Of a stretch of DNA of 64,000 nt, positions 31,021-41,454 are shown piece after piece. The DNA is taken from the NCBI GenBank assembly GCA_963729555.1, contig CAVSOH010000010.1, positions 1,860 through 65,859 on the forward strand, given 5' to 3'. The position numbers and the translations under genes were made by a program. Origin of the DNA: an uncultured Acidobacteriaceae bacterium (lineage in GTDB: Bacteria; Acidobacteriota; Terriglobia; Terriglobales; Acidobacteriaceae). The notes beneath the pieces are model-generated. The model was not told where the DNA came from and searched no databases. It saw only the letters and a program-made list of their open reading frames with translations. Each line of letters starts with the position of its first letter. Positions within the stretch are counted from its first letter, which is position 1.

Positions 31021-32343
31021 CTACATATAATCCACGCCGTACTGCACCGGAATCTGCGTAAACGCGATCCGCGTAGGCGCAGACTCCCGCGCCGGAAGCA
31101 TCCCCGCAAAATGCAGCGTCGTATGCCCATATTTCAAATTCAGCTTGTCCATCGTCGCCGAAAGCTGCCCGCGATTATTCGGGTCACCAAACAGATCCTC
31201 CTGATGCTCATTCTCCGGAATCAGATCCCGCAGCGTCACTCCCACAAAAAACGGCCGCACAAACTCCACCCCTTGAGGCCGCTGTTTCCAAATCCCTCGC
31301 AGCACTTCCAGCAGCGTCAGCGTATCCTGGCAATCCCTGAACCGCGCCTCCATCCCCCACCCCGAGTGCTTGATCCCGCTGAAGTGTTTCTTCGCCTTCG
31401 CCATCCTCTCCGCCTGCTCCCGCGTCAGCTGAAACCGAATCGTCACCGCCATCGACCCCGCATAAAACTTCTCCATCCTCAGCCGCATCGCCGCCTTATG
31501 CAGCAGCTTATGTGCCACCGACCACGCACCCTCCTGCGACCGAAACTCCGGAGCCATCACATGCGAGTGCCCCAGCGACTTCTGCACCCCATTCGACACC
31601 GGCGCGCCATCATCCCCCGTCGCCTCGCCGCGCAGCCAGTGATACAGCCTGTCGCCCCACACGCTATCCCAAAGCTTATGCATCCCCGCACGGTCGAGCG
31701 CCAGCAGCTGCTCCATGGTCGTTATGCCCTTCGCATTCAGCCGAACCTCGGTCCGAGCCCCTACCCCCGGCAGGTCCCGCAGCTCAAGATGCGCAATCGC
31801 CCGCGGCAACTGCGACGGCAGCAGCCCGATCAGCCCATCCGGCTTCTGCATATCGCTCGCAATCTTCGCCAGATAACGATTAGGAGCCATCCCAATCGAA
31901 CACCGCAGCGCCACACCCACGTTCTTATAGATCGACTGCTTAATATCCAGCGCAATCTTCCGCGCCCGCGGAGGCTCCTGCTCCCGCCCAATCAGCTGAC
32001 ACACCATCTCATCGATCGAAGGCGTATGCGCCACCGGACAACAAAGCTCCACCGCATCCGCAATCGCCTTCGAGTACTTCGCATACTCCGTATGATTCCC
32101 CTCGATCAGCACAATCTCCGGACACTTCTTCTTAGCCTCCCCCACCTGCGTCCCGGTCTTGATCCCCAGCGCCTTCGCCTCATAGCTAGCCGCGATGCAG
32201 CAAGTCGTATCCGCCATCGTAGGCACCACAGCCAGCGGCCGCCCACGATACTTCGGCTCCAACTGCTGCTCCACCGAAGCAAAAAACGAGTTCAGGTCGA
32301 TATGCAGAAACCCAAACCGATCGGGATAAGGCGTGAAGTCCAT
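31021..32343 (-). CDS. dinB: Y-family DNA polymerase (Pol IV/DinB-like)
   Basis: HIDLNSFFASVE, IAASYEAKALG, SIDE catalytic motif intact, LAKIASDMQKPDG, LPGVG. Confidence 0.9.
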   Translation of the reverse strand: MDFTPYPDRFGFLHIDLNSFFASVEQQLEPKYRGRPLAVVPTMADTTCCIAASYEAKALGIKTGTQVGEAKKKCPEIVLIEGNHTEYAKYSKAIADAVELCCPVAHTPSIDEMVCQLIGREQEPPRARKIALDIKQSIYKNVGVALRCSIGMAPNRYLAKIASDMQKPDGLIGLLPSQLPRAIAHLELRDLPGVGARTEVRLNAKGITTMEQLLALDRAGMHKLWDSVWGDRLYHWLRGEATGDDGAPVSNGVQKSLGHSHVMAPEFRSQEGAWSVAHKLLHKAAMRLRMEKFYAGSMAVTIRFQLTREQAERMAKAKKHFSGIKHSGWGMEARFRDCQDTLTLLEVLRGIWKQRPQGVEFVRPFFVGVTLRDLIPENEHQEDLFGDPNNRGQLSATMDKLNLKYGHTTLHFAGMLPARESAPTRIAFTQIPVQYGVDYM

Positions 32344-32359
32344 AAGCAAATATGAACAG

Positions 32360-32381
32360 ATTGTATTCGCTTTTTGTTTGC
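32360..32381 (-). promoter_or_regulatory. -10 box and candidate LexA-type direct repeat upstream of dinB
   Basis: TACAAT (minus strand, 32360-32365); ATTC-N7-GTTT (32365-32379), a degenerate GTTC-N7-GTTC. Confidence 0.35.
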
Positions 32382-32505
32382 TTAGCTCACAGTTTCACTG
32401 ACCCTTGCTCCGTAGCTCGCCGCGATGCAGCAAGGTATCAGCTTGAGCGTGGTATGGTCGCTAATCGCCGTGAACGCAATAAAAATTCCCGCTATGATTA
32501 GGTCA

Positions 32506-33318
32506 ATGACTGCTGCCCGTGTTCTATCGCGATTCTTACGCGTTTCTCTGTTCCTCCTGCTGCTTACGATCCCGGTTCTAGCCAAAGATACACCGCTACA
32601 AGTCGTCGAATGGCCCGCCACTGGTACTCCCGTTCTGCGCTTTACCTTCAGCAAATTCAAGCAACTTGAAGGTATGAGCAGCATGAGAGGCTATGTCATG
32701 AACACAATGGTGGAGAACTTGTCGCCAAGGCCGATTTCTGCAGCACGGTTTGCCGTTTATCTCTTCGACAAGAACAAAGTTCGAATCGGCGAAGACTTCA
32801 TCGCGTTGAACAACGTAGGCTCGGGAGAAGCGGTGAAGGTCCAGTTCACCGTCATGGCCTCCGGCACGCCGGTATCCGTATCGGTTCAGGACACGGAGCA
32901 AAACCCAAGGACCGTTTCTCTTACTGTGAATTCGACCCCACAAGGCGCGATGCTCAGATTGGACCAGACCGAGGTGGGCACCACTCCAAAGATCATCAAC
33001 GTAGGCGTCGGCAAGCACACACTCACGTTCAGCAAAGAAGGATTTACTGCCGGTAACTATCCTCTGGAAATCAGCCCCCAAGATGTCTCGGGCGGATCAG
33101 TTACCTATGAACTCGGAGCCTCAGCCTTCGACTCCATCGAATTGCGAGATGGCAGCGTGCTCAACGGTGACCTGGTGTCCATCTCAGGAATGGATGTGGA
33201 GATCCGCGTTGGCGGCACAATCCAGCACATCGACCGCAACAAGATCAAACGCGCGATGTTTGTCCAGCGCAGCGCCCCGATGCCTAACCTGCCAGCGGCA
33301 ACTACTCCGAGCCCATAA
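32506..33318 (+). CDS. Secreted PEGA domain-containing protein
   Basis: Signal peptide (...IPVLA-K); TVNSTPQGAMLRLD...GTTP...GKHTLTFSKEGF. Confidence 0.8.
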   Translation: MTAARVLSRFLRVSLFLLLLTIPVLAKDTPLQVVEWPATGTPVLRFTFSKFKQLEGMSSMRGYVMNTMVENLSPRPISAARFAVYLFDKNKVRIGEDFIALNNVGSGEAVKVQFTVMASGTPVSVSVQDTEQNPRTVSLTVNSTPQGAMLRLDQTEVGTTPKIINVGVGKHTLTFSKEGFTAGNYPLEISPQDVSGGSVTYELGASAFDSIELRDGSVLNGDLVSISGMDVEIRVGGTIQHIDRNKIKRAMFVQRSAPMPNLPAATTPSP

Positions 33319-33478
33319 ATGGCGGCCCGTCGAACATCCGCGCCCCTGCGTGAGCTCACCCACCAGCCCAAACCAGCCTAATTAGCGCCCGCCACGCTAT
33401 GGCCGAGGAAGACGGGTCTGCGACAGTGCTGCGGAAAACTTGGCGGAATTCGGTTATACGAGGAGACGGTCCCGCCCT

Positions 33479-33799
33479 CTACGAACCTTCTTCCGCCACG
33501 CAATAGACAATGCCGAACGGGTCCCTGAAGCAGAGCGAGTCCCCATTATCCAGCAGGATCGTGCACCCATTCGCGATCAGCCCTTCCTTAGCCGCCCGAA
33601 TATCTTTCACCGGAAAGCTGGGAATCGGCGGCCCCGGGTTGAGGTCCGCGTTCACCCTCAGAAGGAAAGTCCCTGCGTCATACGCGACGCTCGTCTCCGT
33701 TCGGCTTACCATCTCGAACTTCATCACGTTCGTGTAGTAGTTCTCCGCTGCCGAAATATCCGTAAGGTGAATCGCCACGCAATTACTCGAATGAAGCAT
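33479..33799 (-). CDS. VOC/glyoxalase family protein
   Basis: [15 protein letters not shown]...[11 protein letters not shown]...FRDPFG. Confidence 0.8.
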   Translation of the reverse strand: MLHSSNCVAIHLTDISAAENYYTNVMKFEMVSRTETSVAYDAGTFLLRVNADLNPGPPIPSFPVKDIRAAKEGLIANGCTILLDNGDSLCFRDPFGIVYCVAEEGS

Positions 33800-33886
33800 G
33801 AACGCCTCCCATACACGACAAAATATACGCTCCGCAGACAACCTCTGGCCGCAAGCCCATACCTCCACTTGCTAAAATCGCTCCCT

Positions 33887-35539
33887 ATGGCCGCCGCCGA
33901 ACATCCCGCTCCCCCGCAACAAAAGCCCACGCCCCACCAGCGCAAACTAGCCGAGCTGGCCGCCCGCCACACCATCGCCGAAGAAGGCGGAGGCCCCGAG
34001 CGCCGCGCCCGCGAATCCAAATCCGGCAAGCTCTCCGCACGCGAGCGCATCGACCTCCTCCTCGACGAGGGCACCTTCGAAGAAACCGACAAGTTCGTAA
34101 CCCACCGAGCGACCGACTTCGGCATGGCCGACCAGCGAGTCCCCGGCGACGGCTTTATCACCGGACACGGCCGCATCCAGGGCCGCGTCGTCTTCGTCTT
34201 CGCGCAGGACTTCACCGTCTTCGGCGGCTCCCTCTCCGAGTCCAACGCCGCCAAGATCGTCAAGATCATGGACACCGCCCTCCGCGTCGGCGCCCCCGTC
34301 ATCGGCCTCAACGACTCCGGCGGCGCCCGCATCCAGGAAGGCGTCGTCTCCCTCGCCGGCTACACCGACATCTTCCTCCGCAACACCCTCTCCAGCGGAG
34401 TCATCCCGCAAATCTCCGCCATCCTCGGCCCCTGCGCCGGCGGAGCCGTCTACTCCCCCGCCATCACCGACTTCACCCTCATGACCGAAAAGACGAGCTA
34501 CATGTTCGTCACCGGCCCCGACGTCATCAAGACCGTCCTCCACGAAGAAGTCATCAAAGACGCCCTCGGCGGAGCCGCCACCCACAATGAGATCTCCGGC
34601 GTAGCCCACTTCATGGCCCACGACGACCGCGAGTGCCTCGCCACCATCCGCGAGCTCATCTCCTTCCTTCCCTCCAACAACCTCGACGACCCACCCCGCC
34701 GCGCCACCACCGACGATCCCGCCCGCGCCGACGCCGCCCTCGAGACCATCATTCCCGACGAATCCAACCAACCCTACGACATGGTCGAGGTCATCACGAA
34801 GATCGTCGACGAAGGCTACCTCTTCCAAATCCACGAGCACTTCGCCCGCAACCTCGTCGTCGGCTTCGCCCGCATGAACGGCCGCCCCGTAGGCATCGTC
34901 GCCAACCAGCCAGCCGTCCTCGCCGGAGTCCTCGACATCAACGCCTCCGTCAAAGGCGCCCGCTTCGTCCGCTTCTGCGACGCCTTCAACATCCCGCTCA
35001 TCACCTTCGAAGACGTCCCCGGCTTCATGCCCGGCACCCAGCAGGAGCACGGCGGCATCATCCGCCACGGAGCCAAACTCCTCTACGCCTTCGCCGAAGC
35101 CACCGTCCCCAAGCTCACCGTCATCACCCGCAAAGCCTACGGCGGAGCCTACTGCGTCATGAGCAGCAAGCACCTCCGCACCGACGTCAACCTGGCTTGG
35201 CCCACCGCCGAAATCGCCGTCATGGGCCCCGAAGGCGCCGTCAACATCGTCTACAAGCGCGAGTTCGACGCCACCCTCCGCCGCGCCGAAGCCGTAATGC
35301 CACAAGGCGTCTCCCTAACCGAAGAACAAAAACTAGAAATCCTCGCCGAGATCCGCGCCGAAAAAGTAGAAGAGTTCCGCGAGCGCTTCGCCAACCCCTA
35401 CGTAGCCGCCGAGCGAGGCTACATCGACGCCGTCATCCGCCCCAGCGAAACCCGCCGCCGCCTAAACACCGCCCTCGACATGCTAGCCACCAAGCGCGAA
35501 AAGAACCCCCCAAAGAAACACGGCAACATCCCGCTGTAG
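33887..35539 (+). CDS. pccB: Acyl-CoA carboxylase carboxyltransferase (beta) subunit, propionyl-CoA carboxylase-like
   Basis: [62 protein letters not shown]. Confidence 0.92.
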   Translation: MAAAEHPAPPQQKPTPHQRKLAELAARHTIAEEGGGPERRARESKSGKLSARERIDLLLDEGTFEETDKFVTHRATDFGMADQRVPGDGFITGHGRIQGRVVFVFAQDFTVFGGSLSESNAAKIVKIMDTALRVGAPVIGLNDSGGARIQEGVVSLAGYTDIFLRNTLSSGVIPQISAILGPCAGGAVYSPAITDFTLMTEKTSYMFVTGPDVIKTVLHEEVIKDALGGAATHNEISGVAHFMAHDDRECLATIRELISFLPSNNLDDPPRRATTDDPARADAALETIIPDESNQPYDMVEVITKIVDEGYLFQIHEHFARNLVVGFARMNGRPVGIVANQPAVLAGVLDINASVKGARFVRFCDAFNIPLITFEDVPGFMPGTQQEHGGIIRHGAKLLYAFAEATVPKLTVITRKAYGGAYCVMSSKHLRTDVNLAWPTAEIAVMGPEGAVNIVYKREFDATLRRAEAVMPQGVSLTEEQKLEILAEIRAEKVEEFRERFANPYVAAERGYIDAVIRPSETRRRLNTALDMLATKREKNPPKKHGNIPL

Positions 35540-35628
35540 GACCTCTATCAAGAACAACATCACCTTCAACCACCACCTGCACCATCACCATGATGCGTCA
35601 TCCATCACCTAAACCGTCCCCATGATGT

Positions 35629-35684
35629 GTCATCCTGAGCGACGGCGAAGCCGAGTCGAAGGACCTGCGGTTGCCGTTGCCGTT
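35629..35684 (+). repeat. REP-like repeat family A, variant copy
   Basis: GTCATCCTGAGCGACGGCGAAGCCGAGTCGAAGGACCTGCGGTTGCCGTTGCCGTT. Confidence 0.7.
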
Positions 35685-35797
35685 ACTTTTCGCGACCGAA
35701 GGCCAAGCGCAAACAGTTTCCACCTGCCTGAATCTTGTGCATGCCAAAGGCCGCCGGTCCAGATTCTCCGGCGGCTCACTTGGATGCGAAAGTCTAG

Positions 35798-36088
35798 TTA
35801 CTGTATGCGGACGGTGGTGCGGATCTGGAACGTCGAGCTGTTTGCGAGAACGTAGTGGCCGTCAACCATACGCCATTCGTAACCCCGCGGTGGTGCACTC
35901 AGATGGCTTTGGTGATAATCGACTTTATCGCCGCGATCCCAGTCTTCGTGTTTGATCGATGCACCTTTCTTCCAGTCGTTGTGCTCGACGTACGTGTGGT
36001 TGTCGTGGTGGTCTTGGGAGAGAGCGACGCGACCCATAAGACTTGTAGAAAGGATCGCAAGCGCTAAAACAATATGCAAGTTTTTCAT
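35798..36088 (-). CDS. RcnB family periplasmic protein
   Basis: Signal peptide; WKKG...DY...LSAPPRGYEWRMVDGHYVL. Confidence 0.85.
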   Translation of the reverse strand: MKNLHIVLALAILSTSLMGRVALSQDHHDNHTYVEHNDWKKGASIKHEDWDRGDKVDYHQSHLSAPPRGYEWRMVDGHYVLANSSTFQIRTTVRIQ

Positions 36089-36603
36089 TAAGTACTCCTT
36101 CCTCAGTAGGATGCACGAAAGACACGTCGCGTCGTTCGTATTCTGATTGGATACAGGCATTCGGAACCCACGATGTATTGCGAAGCTTCGGACTTGAATT
36201 CGGCATTGGCTTTGACTCCTGAATCTCGTTTATCGGGAACTTCAGTTTCTCAGTTCGTGCAAAGGTCTGTTGCTACCGCAAACTGACGCAAGCGCGGTTT
36301 TCAGGACGTACTGTCTATGCAAAGGGACCGATAGAAGTGCAAAGCGGCGCCAGCATCAACACAACGAACGCGGCTATCCCGTAAGTACGTAAAGCACTCG
36401 GGGCCATAGAAGAGAGCGATGGACCAGGGCCGATTTCAACGCCGGTAAATATATAATGTTGCCAGTACGCGCGCTGCAAATGAAGCTCTCACCTGCCGGA
36501 ATAAAAAACCAGGAAACTGCGGACCAATAATTCCCTTAGAATCGCGGGCCGCAGCTCACGGTCACAGGCAAGTGGAGGTGGCCCTTCACGACTGAGACGG
36601 CGT

Positions 36604-38316
36604 ATGAGCGAACAACCTGCCGCTTTTGACCGCGTAACCCTTCGGCGATTCGTCCGCGCAATCAAGGACTTGTTCACGTCCGAAGTGCGCTGGAAAGCGC
36701 GGGGCCTTTTCGCATTACTCATCGCCTTCGCTTTGGCTGTGAATGGCCTGAACGTCCTCAACAGCTTTGTCGGCCGCGACTTCTTTACGGCGATCGCACA
36801 CCGCGACCAGGCCGGATTCGTCCGGGAAGCGATTTTCTTCGTCTCCGTACTCGCCGCAACCACCGTGGTAGCAGTTTTTTACCGATTTACCGAGGAACGG
36901 CTTGGGCTATTCTGGCGGGTATGGCTGACGGAACGAATCATCCATAAATACCTCGCGGATCGCACTTATCTTTACCTCAAGCAGTCCGCCGCAATTGAAA
37001 ATCCTGACCAGCGGATCGCCGAAGAAGTTCGCGTCTTCACGGCCACTACTCTCTCTTTCACGCTTATGTTCATGAATGGAGTACTCGCCGTCCTATCGTT
37101 CTCGGGTGTGCTCTGGACAATCAGCCCGCTTCTATTCGGTGTCGCGATCGGCTACGCCATCATCGGCACTGTGGTCGCGGTCTATTTGGGTCGGCCCCTG
37201 ATCGGGCTGAATTACCGCCAGTCGGACCAGGAGGCCGCATTCCGCTCGGAGTTGATCCACGTACGCGAGAATGGCGAGTCAATCGCGCTCTTGCGGCGTG
37301 AGGGGCGTTTAACTACCCGACTTCTTCGACGCATCGAAGCCGTTGCGGACAACTTTCGAAGGATCACCTCGGTAAACCGCAACCTCAGCTTCTTCACGAC
37401 CGGTTACAACAATCTCATCCAGCTCATCCCCGCACTGATCGTGGCACCGCTATTCATTCGCGGGAAAGTGGAATTCGGTGTCATCACGCAATCGGCGGCC
37501 GCCTTCGCCCAACTGCTCGGCGCATTCTCGTTGGTCGTTAATCAATTTCAAGCCATCTCGACGTTTGCGGCTGTCACTGCCCGGCTCAGCTCGCTGGTGG
37601 GAGCCGTCGACGACCGTCCGTCACCAACCGGCACTACGGTCGAAGTCGTTGGAGCGGACGACCGCATTGCTTACGACGGCCTGACACTGTTCTCGCCCGA
37701 CGGAGGCCGAGAGGTCCTCAAAAACCTGACCGCGGAGATACGCCGCGGGACAAATGTGTTGGTCGTCGGACCGAACGAAGGCGCTAGAATCGCTCTGTTT
37801 CGAGCTACTGCCAGCATCTGGCCGGCTGTGGAAGGGACGCTCGTCCGCCCGAAGCTCGACGACATTTTCTTCCTGCCCCAGCGACCATATCTGCCACCAG
37901 GAACACTTCGGGATGTTCTGGTTCGCAGCGGTCAGGAACAGGTCATCACCGACGGTCAGATCACGAGCGCCTTGCAAGATATAGGTCTAAGCTCCATTCA
38001 GGAGCGGGTTGGTGGATTGGACACGGAACGCGATTGGTCGACCCTCCTTTCGTTGGGGCAGCAACATCTGCTTGCTTTAACGCGGCTGATCTTCGCACGA
38101 CCCGCCTTCGCCCTGCTTGATCGAGTAACTGAGCCCCTCAAACCAGCACAGTTACGAGAGATATTGCGGCGTTTCGATGAAAACTCCATTACCTACATAA
38201 CTTTCGCCAACGATGCCGAATCGGTTGAGTCGTACGACGCAGTGCTGGAAATCGACAACGATGGCGGATGGACCTGGAGTCCCACCGGCCGCGTTGCCAC
38301 TGCGGCATCGATGTAA
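36604..38316 (+). CDS. ABCD/YddA-type ABC transporter (TMD+NBD fusion) with degenerate ATPase domain
   Basis: TMD motifs NPDQRIAEEVR, FRSELIHVRENGESIALLR; NBD retains FLPQRPYLPPGTLRD but Walker A is GPNEGARI and Walker B is LLDRV. Confidence 0.88.
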   Translation: MSEQPAAFDRVTLRRFVRAIKDLFTSEVRWKARGLFALLIAFALAVNGLNVLNSFVGRDFFTAIAHRDQAGFVREAIFFVSVLAATTVVAVFYRFTEERLGLFWRVWLTERIIHKYLADRTYLYLKQSAAIENPDQRIAEEVRVFTATTLSFTLMFMNGVLAVLSFSGVLWTISPLLFGVAIGYAIIGTVVAVYLGRPLIGLNYRQSDQEAAFRSELIHVRENGESIALLRREGRLTTRLLRRIEAVADNFRRITSVNRNLSFFTTGYNNLIQLIPALIVAPLFIRGKVEFGVITQSAAAFAQLLGAFSLVVNQFQAISTFAAVTARLSSLVGAVDDRPSPTGTTVEVVGADDRIAYDGLTLFSPDGGREVLKNLTAEIRRGTNVLVVGPNEGARIALFRATASIWPAVEGTLVRPKLDDIFFLPQRPYLPPGTLRDVLVRSGQEQVITDGQITSALQDIGLSSIQERVGGLDTERDWSTLLSLGQQHLLALTRLIFARPAFALLDRVTEPLKPAQLREILRRFDENSITYITFANDAESVESYDAVLEIDNDGGWTWSPTGRVATAASM

Positions 38317-38394
38317 CCGGCGACGCGTCGAGCTTCCGATTGCTCGGCGAGGCTCATTGACCGCTCCAGCTAACTAGCCTTGCGCCCGTGAAGT

Positions 38395-38441
38395 CGGGTT
38401 TGCGGCAAGTTCGGTGGCGAAGTTGCCGCAAACCCGTTTTT
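38395..38441 (+). terminator. Long terminator hairpin
   Basis: CGGGTTTGCGGCAA-gTTCG-GTGG-CGAAg-TTGCCGCAAACCCG followed by TTTTT. Confidence 0.7.
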
Positions 38442-38790
38442 CGTGCACTACAAAGTGACAAGCCCCAACGTTAGGATTGTTCCCGGTTTGTCGACTACTC
38501 GTCCGGAACTCGTACAAAGGTTGGCGTCGCGCCTCCACCACCCCTTCGAAAACATGCGCACCGGCCTCTACGCCATCTACCAGCGAGTAGCCCTCCATGC
38601 CCCCACCACCAAAACAAGGGTTGGCCATCGAAGCTGTGACGGCTAGGCGATTAGTTCCTGTGCTTGGTTGTTGCTCATGGGGTTTGGTCCCTAGTCTTTT
38701 GCCATCGATTGTCGGGCGTGGGCTGTTCTCACAGGCAGGACTTGGCCCTGGATCATGCCGGCGAGGGTGGCAAGCGCGAGTGGAGGGGGA

Positions 38791-39738
38791 TTAACGGGAA
38801 TCTGCCGCATGGCCCGCTCCGTGGGTCGAAGATGACGGGTGCTCGTCGATCGCGCCCGGAGTTCCCGGCTGACTTACGGTAGCACCTGGCGGTGATGCCC
38901 ATTGGAGCCGGCCCTTGCTATTCGCGATTTCCTCTACAACTCTTGTGAACAACTGATCTTGCATGGCGATTCGTTTCGTGTAGTCGACCACGTAGCTGAC
39001 GGTGAATTCTAACGATCCCGCATTTACAACAAGAGCGACGATAGGGTCCAATGGAGGGTTTGTGCTTTGATAGTTGTCACTCATCGCTTTCCAGGAGGTC
39101 TGCGCCTCGACCAGATACTCGCCGATCGCCTCCTTAGCTACCCGCAAAAGCATCTCCTTAGCAAGCTGGAAATCGCTGGTGGTTGTAAGCAACACCTTAA
39201 TCTCGTCCCAGATAAAATGGAATCCTTGCGAGTAGTTGAAAACCGATCCTTTCAAGACAGTGCTGTTGGGGATGCGAACGATCCGGCCGTTGTACAAGTC
39301 CTTGCTGACCCAGTTCCCGGTTTCTAGCAAGGTGGTTCGCAGGAGTCCGATGTCGATCACGTCGCCTCGAGTATCGCCGATCTGAACTCTGTCTCCCACG
39401 GCGTATAGCTTCGAGAAGCCGATTGAGAAAGCGCCAGCAATGCTGGCGAGCACGTCCTGCAGGGCTACTGCCACACCCGCACCTGCGACGCCGAAGGCAA
39501 AGCTGAGGCGGGCTAAGCGATCCTCAAAGAGAATGGCAAGGAAAAGGAGAATCGAGAGGTATCCGGAAAAGACGACGAATTTGCGAACCTTATACCGCGC
39601 ATCGGCTCGGCCAAAGCGCCGAGGCAGTGTTTGTTCGAGCACGCGAAACGTGGCGTGAATACAGAGAATTCCGATAACTGCGGCCACGCACTTCCCGAGG
39701 AGCGAAAGCGAAACATCCGGTTTCAAAAGATCATGCAT
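38791..39738 (-). CDS. Small-conductance mechanosensitive channel (MscS family)
   Basis: GVAGAGVAVALQDVLASIAG...VGDRVQI...GDVIDIGLLRT...VRIPNS. Confidence 0.9.
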   Translation of the reverse strand: MHDLLKPDVSLSLLGKCVAAVIGILCIHATFRVLEQTLPRRFGRADARYKVRKFVVFSGYLSILLFLAILFEDRLARLSFAFGVAGAGVAVALQDVLASIAGAFSIGFSKLYAVGDRVQIGDTRGDVIDIGLLRTTLLETGNWVSKDLYNGRIVRIPNSTVLKGSVFNYSQGFHFIWDEIKVLLTTTSDFQLAKEMLLRVAKEAIGEYLVEAQTSWKAMSDNYQSTNPPLDPIVALVVNAGSLEFTVSYVVDYTKRIAMQDQLFTRVVEEIANSKGRLQWASPPGATVSQPGTPGAIDEHPSSSTHGAGHAADSR

Positions 39739-39940
39739 CTAACCACCACCAATCTCGGTTTGCTGCTACAGTGTGAAGTAAGACTATTGAACGTCAATGC
39801 CTTCGAACAACCGCGGTTTCTGATTCACGGGCGCTCGCCTCACTCTTGATCGATCCCTGCCTAGCGTCGAGTTCGGAAATCTCACTTCGTCGGCTCAAAC
39901 TGATCTGCCACCCGTTGCACTTGCCGTTGTTAGTTTTAGT

Positions 39941-39990
39941 CGTCATTCTGACCCTGAGCGATGCCGAAGGGGAAGAACCACCGGATTCGC
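39941..39990 (+). repeat. REP-like repeat family A, copy 2
   Basis: CGTCATTCTGACCCTGAGCGATGCCGAAGGGGAAGAACCACCGG. Confidence 0.85.
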
Positions 39991-40048
39991 CTTTGCGTTT
40001 GTCTTCTACTCCCTACCCCCTACCCCCTACTCTCTATACCCTATCTTC

Positions 40049-40396
40049 ATGCCCGCCAAAATCATCTCCACCACCACCGCCGAGCACTACACCTGGGGCA
40101 ACAACTGCGACGGTTGGCACCTCGTCAAGACCCCCGACCTCAGCGTCATCGAAGAGTTAATGCCACCCGGCACCAGCGAAACCCGTCATCATCACACGCG
40201 CTCTCGCCAGTTCTTCTACGTCCTCCAGGGCGAATTCACCATAGAGATCGAGCATCACGACTTCACCCTCAAGGCAGGCGAGGGAATCGAGATCGCCCCT
40301 GGCCAATCTCATCAAGCCATGAACCGGAGCGCCGCCCCAGTCCGCATCGTCGTCACCAGCCAACCCCCCAGCCACGGCGACCGCATCGACGACTAG
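40049..40396 (+). CDS. Cupin domain protein
   Basis: EELMPPG...HHHTRSRQFFYVLQGE...PGQSHQ. Confidence 0.9.
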   Translation: MPAKIISTTTAEHYTWGNNCDGWHLVKTPDLSVIEELMPPGTSETRHHHTRSRQFFYVLQGEFTIEIEHHDFTLKAGEGIEIAPGQSHQAMNRSAAPVRIVVTSQPPSHGDRIDD

Positions 40397-40465
40397 CCCT
40401 TCCCACAAAGGTCATCGCACCCACGTGTCGGCAGATCTCAGTCCGCGTCTTTTTTCCAGAAGAAA

Positions 40466-40575
40466 TCCACAGAAATATTTTCAAAAGTTGGCATGATGAC
40501 AACGGTTAAATTAAGACCCGCCAATCGCCACCAACCAACCAGGCTTGCCACACATTTCACCGCTAAGTGACCACA
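40466..40575 (+). repeat. Intergenic repeat family C, copy 1
   Basis: TCCACAGAAATATTT (15/15) and ACCAG..TTGCCAC.C.TT.CACCGCTAAGT.ACCACA match the reverse complement of 50598-50696. Confidence 0.75.
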
Positions 40576-40663
40576 GAAAACGGCCAAAGCTCTCCCAACC
40601 CCCTCAAATTTCGCCCAAAAGCCGCGAAATCCCCTCCGGAGCCACGCCGCAAAAAAAGGGCGC

Positions 40664-41059
40664 TTATTTTCCCGTATCGATCTTCAGATTGATCACAAAC
40701 TGGTTCTTGGTATCGAACGAGCTGATCGTCTTCACCGGGCTCTTCTTGCCGTTGCTCTCGGCCCAAAGCTCATAGTCGGTATTCTGCGACAGCTGCCCAA
40801 AACGATACCCACCCTGATCATCCGAGATAAAGCTCTTCACACCAAGCGAACGCCCGTCCTTCAGGTACACCACCGCACCCTTGATGGCCGCCTCGCTCTT
40901 ATCAATCACCTTTCCCTGCACCACCCGCTGCACAGGCCCACGCTGCTGCCCACCGAACAACTGTGCTGCTGGAGCATTCATGGAGAACATCGCGAACGAA
41001 CAGGACAGAACAACCAACCTGCAGGCAAGAGAACCAACCACAAAAGAAGAACGCTTCAT
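40664..41059 (-). CDS. Secreted carboxypeptidase-like regulatory domain protein
   Basis: RVVQGKVIDKSEAAIKGAVVYLKD...GGYRFGQL...DYELWAE. Confidence 0.85.
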   Translation of the reverse strand: MKRSSFVVGSLACRLVVLSCSFAMFSMNAPAAQLFGGQQRGPVQRVVQGKVIDKSEAAIKGAVVYLKDGRSLGVKSFISDDQGGYRFGQLSQNTDYELWAESNGKKSPVKTISSFDTKNQFVINLKIDTGK

Positions 41060-41097
41060 ATGGTCCAGTATACGGCTACCCTTTGGAATAGCTATGT

Positions 41098-41298
41098 TTA
41101 CTCATCATCCTCTTCGCCCAGATGCGCCGGATCCTCATCGTCATAACCGGCCTCTTCCATCGGCGCCAACTCTAACGGGTCGATTCCCACAACCTCCAGA
41201 TCGATGCCACACTCCTCGCACTGGAGCGTATCGCCCTCTTCGACCTCTTCCACGTCAATATCCAGCGGATTATCGCACTCAGGACACACAACAGGCAT
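41098..41298 (-). CDS. LysW-like acidic zinc-ribbon protein (amino-group carrier protein fold)
   Basis: CPEC...[23 protein letters not shown]; SD GGAGG. Confidence 0.85.
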   Translation of the reverse strand: MPVVCPECDNPLDIDVEEVEEGDTLQCEECGIDLEVVGIDPLELAPMEEAGYDDEDPAHLGEEDDE

Positions 41299-41454
41299 AA
41301 TCAGACCTCCAAAAACTTTTGGTTCACTGCCGGCCTATAGGATGATAGGAACGGCACTCGCGGACGCATCCGCTATTCTTTTATCGGCCATACCGCCGCC
41401 ACGTCAAGCTTACGATTTTTTGAGCACTCAGGTTTCCACAAAAGGACGATCATC

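Noticed and set aside
36160-36600. 440-nt spacer between rcnB and the ABCD gene, checked for tRNA, riboswitch or a small ORF
   Set aside because: No cloverleaf or known aptamer motif seen; only a start-less hydrophobic reading on the minus strand.
38443-38646. 67-aa ORF (HHPFENMRTGLYAI...) after the ABCD terminator
   Set aside because: No SD and no recognisable family; may be a gene remnant but cannot be supported.
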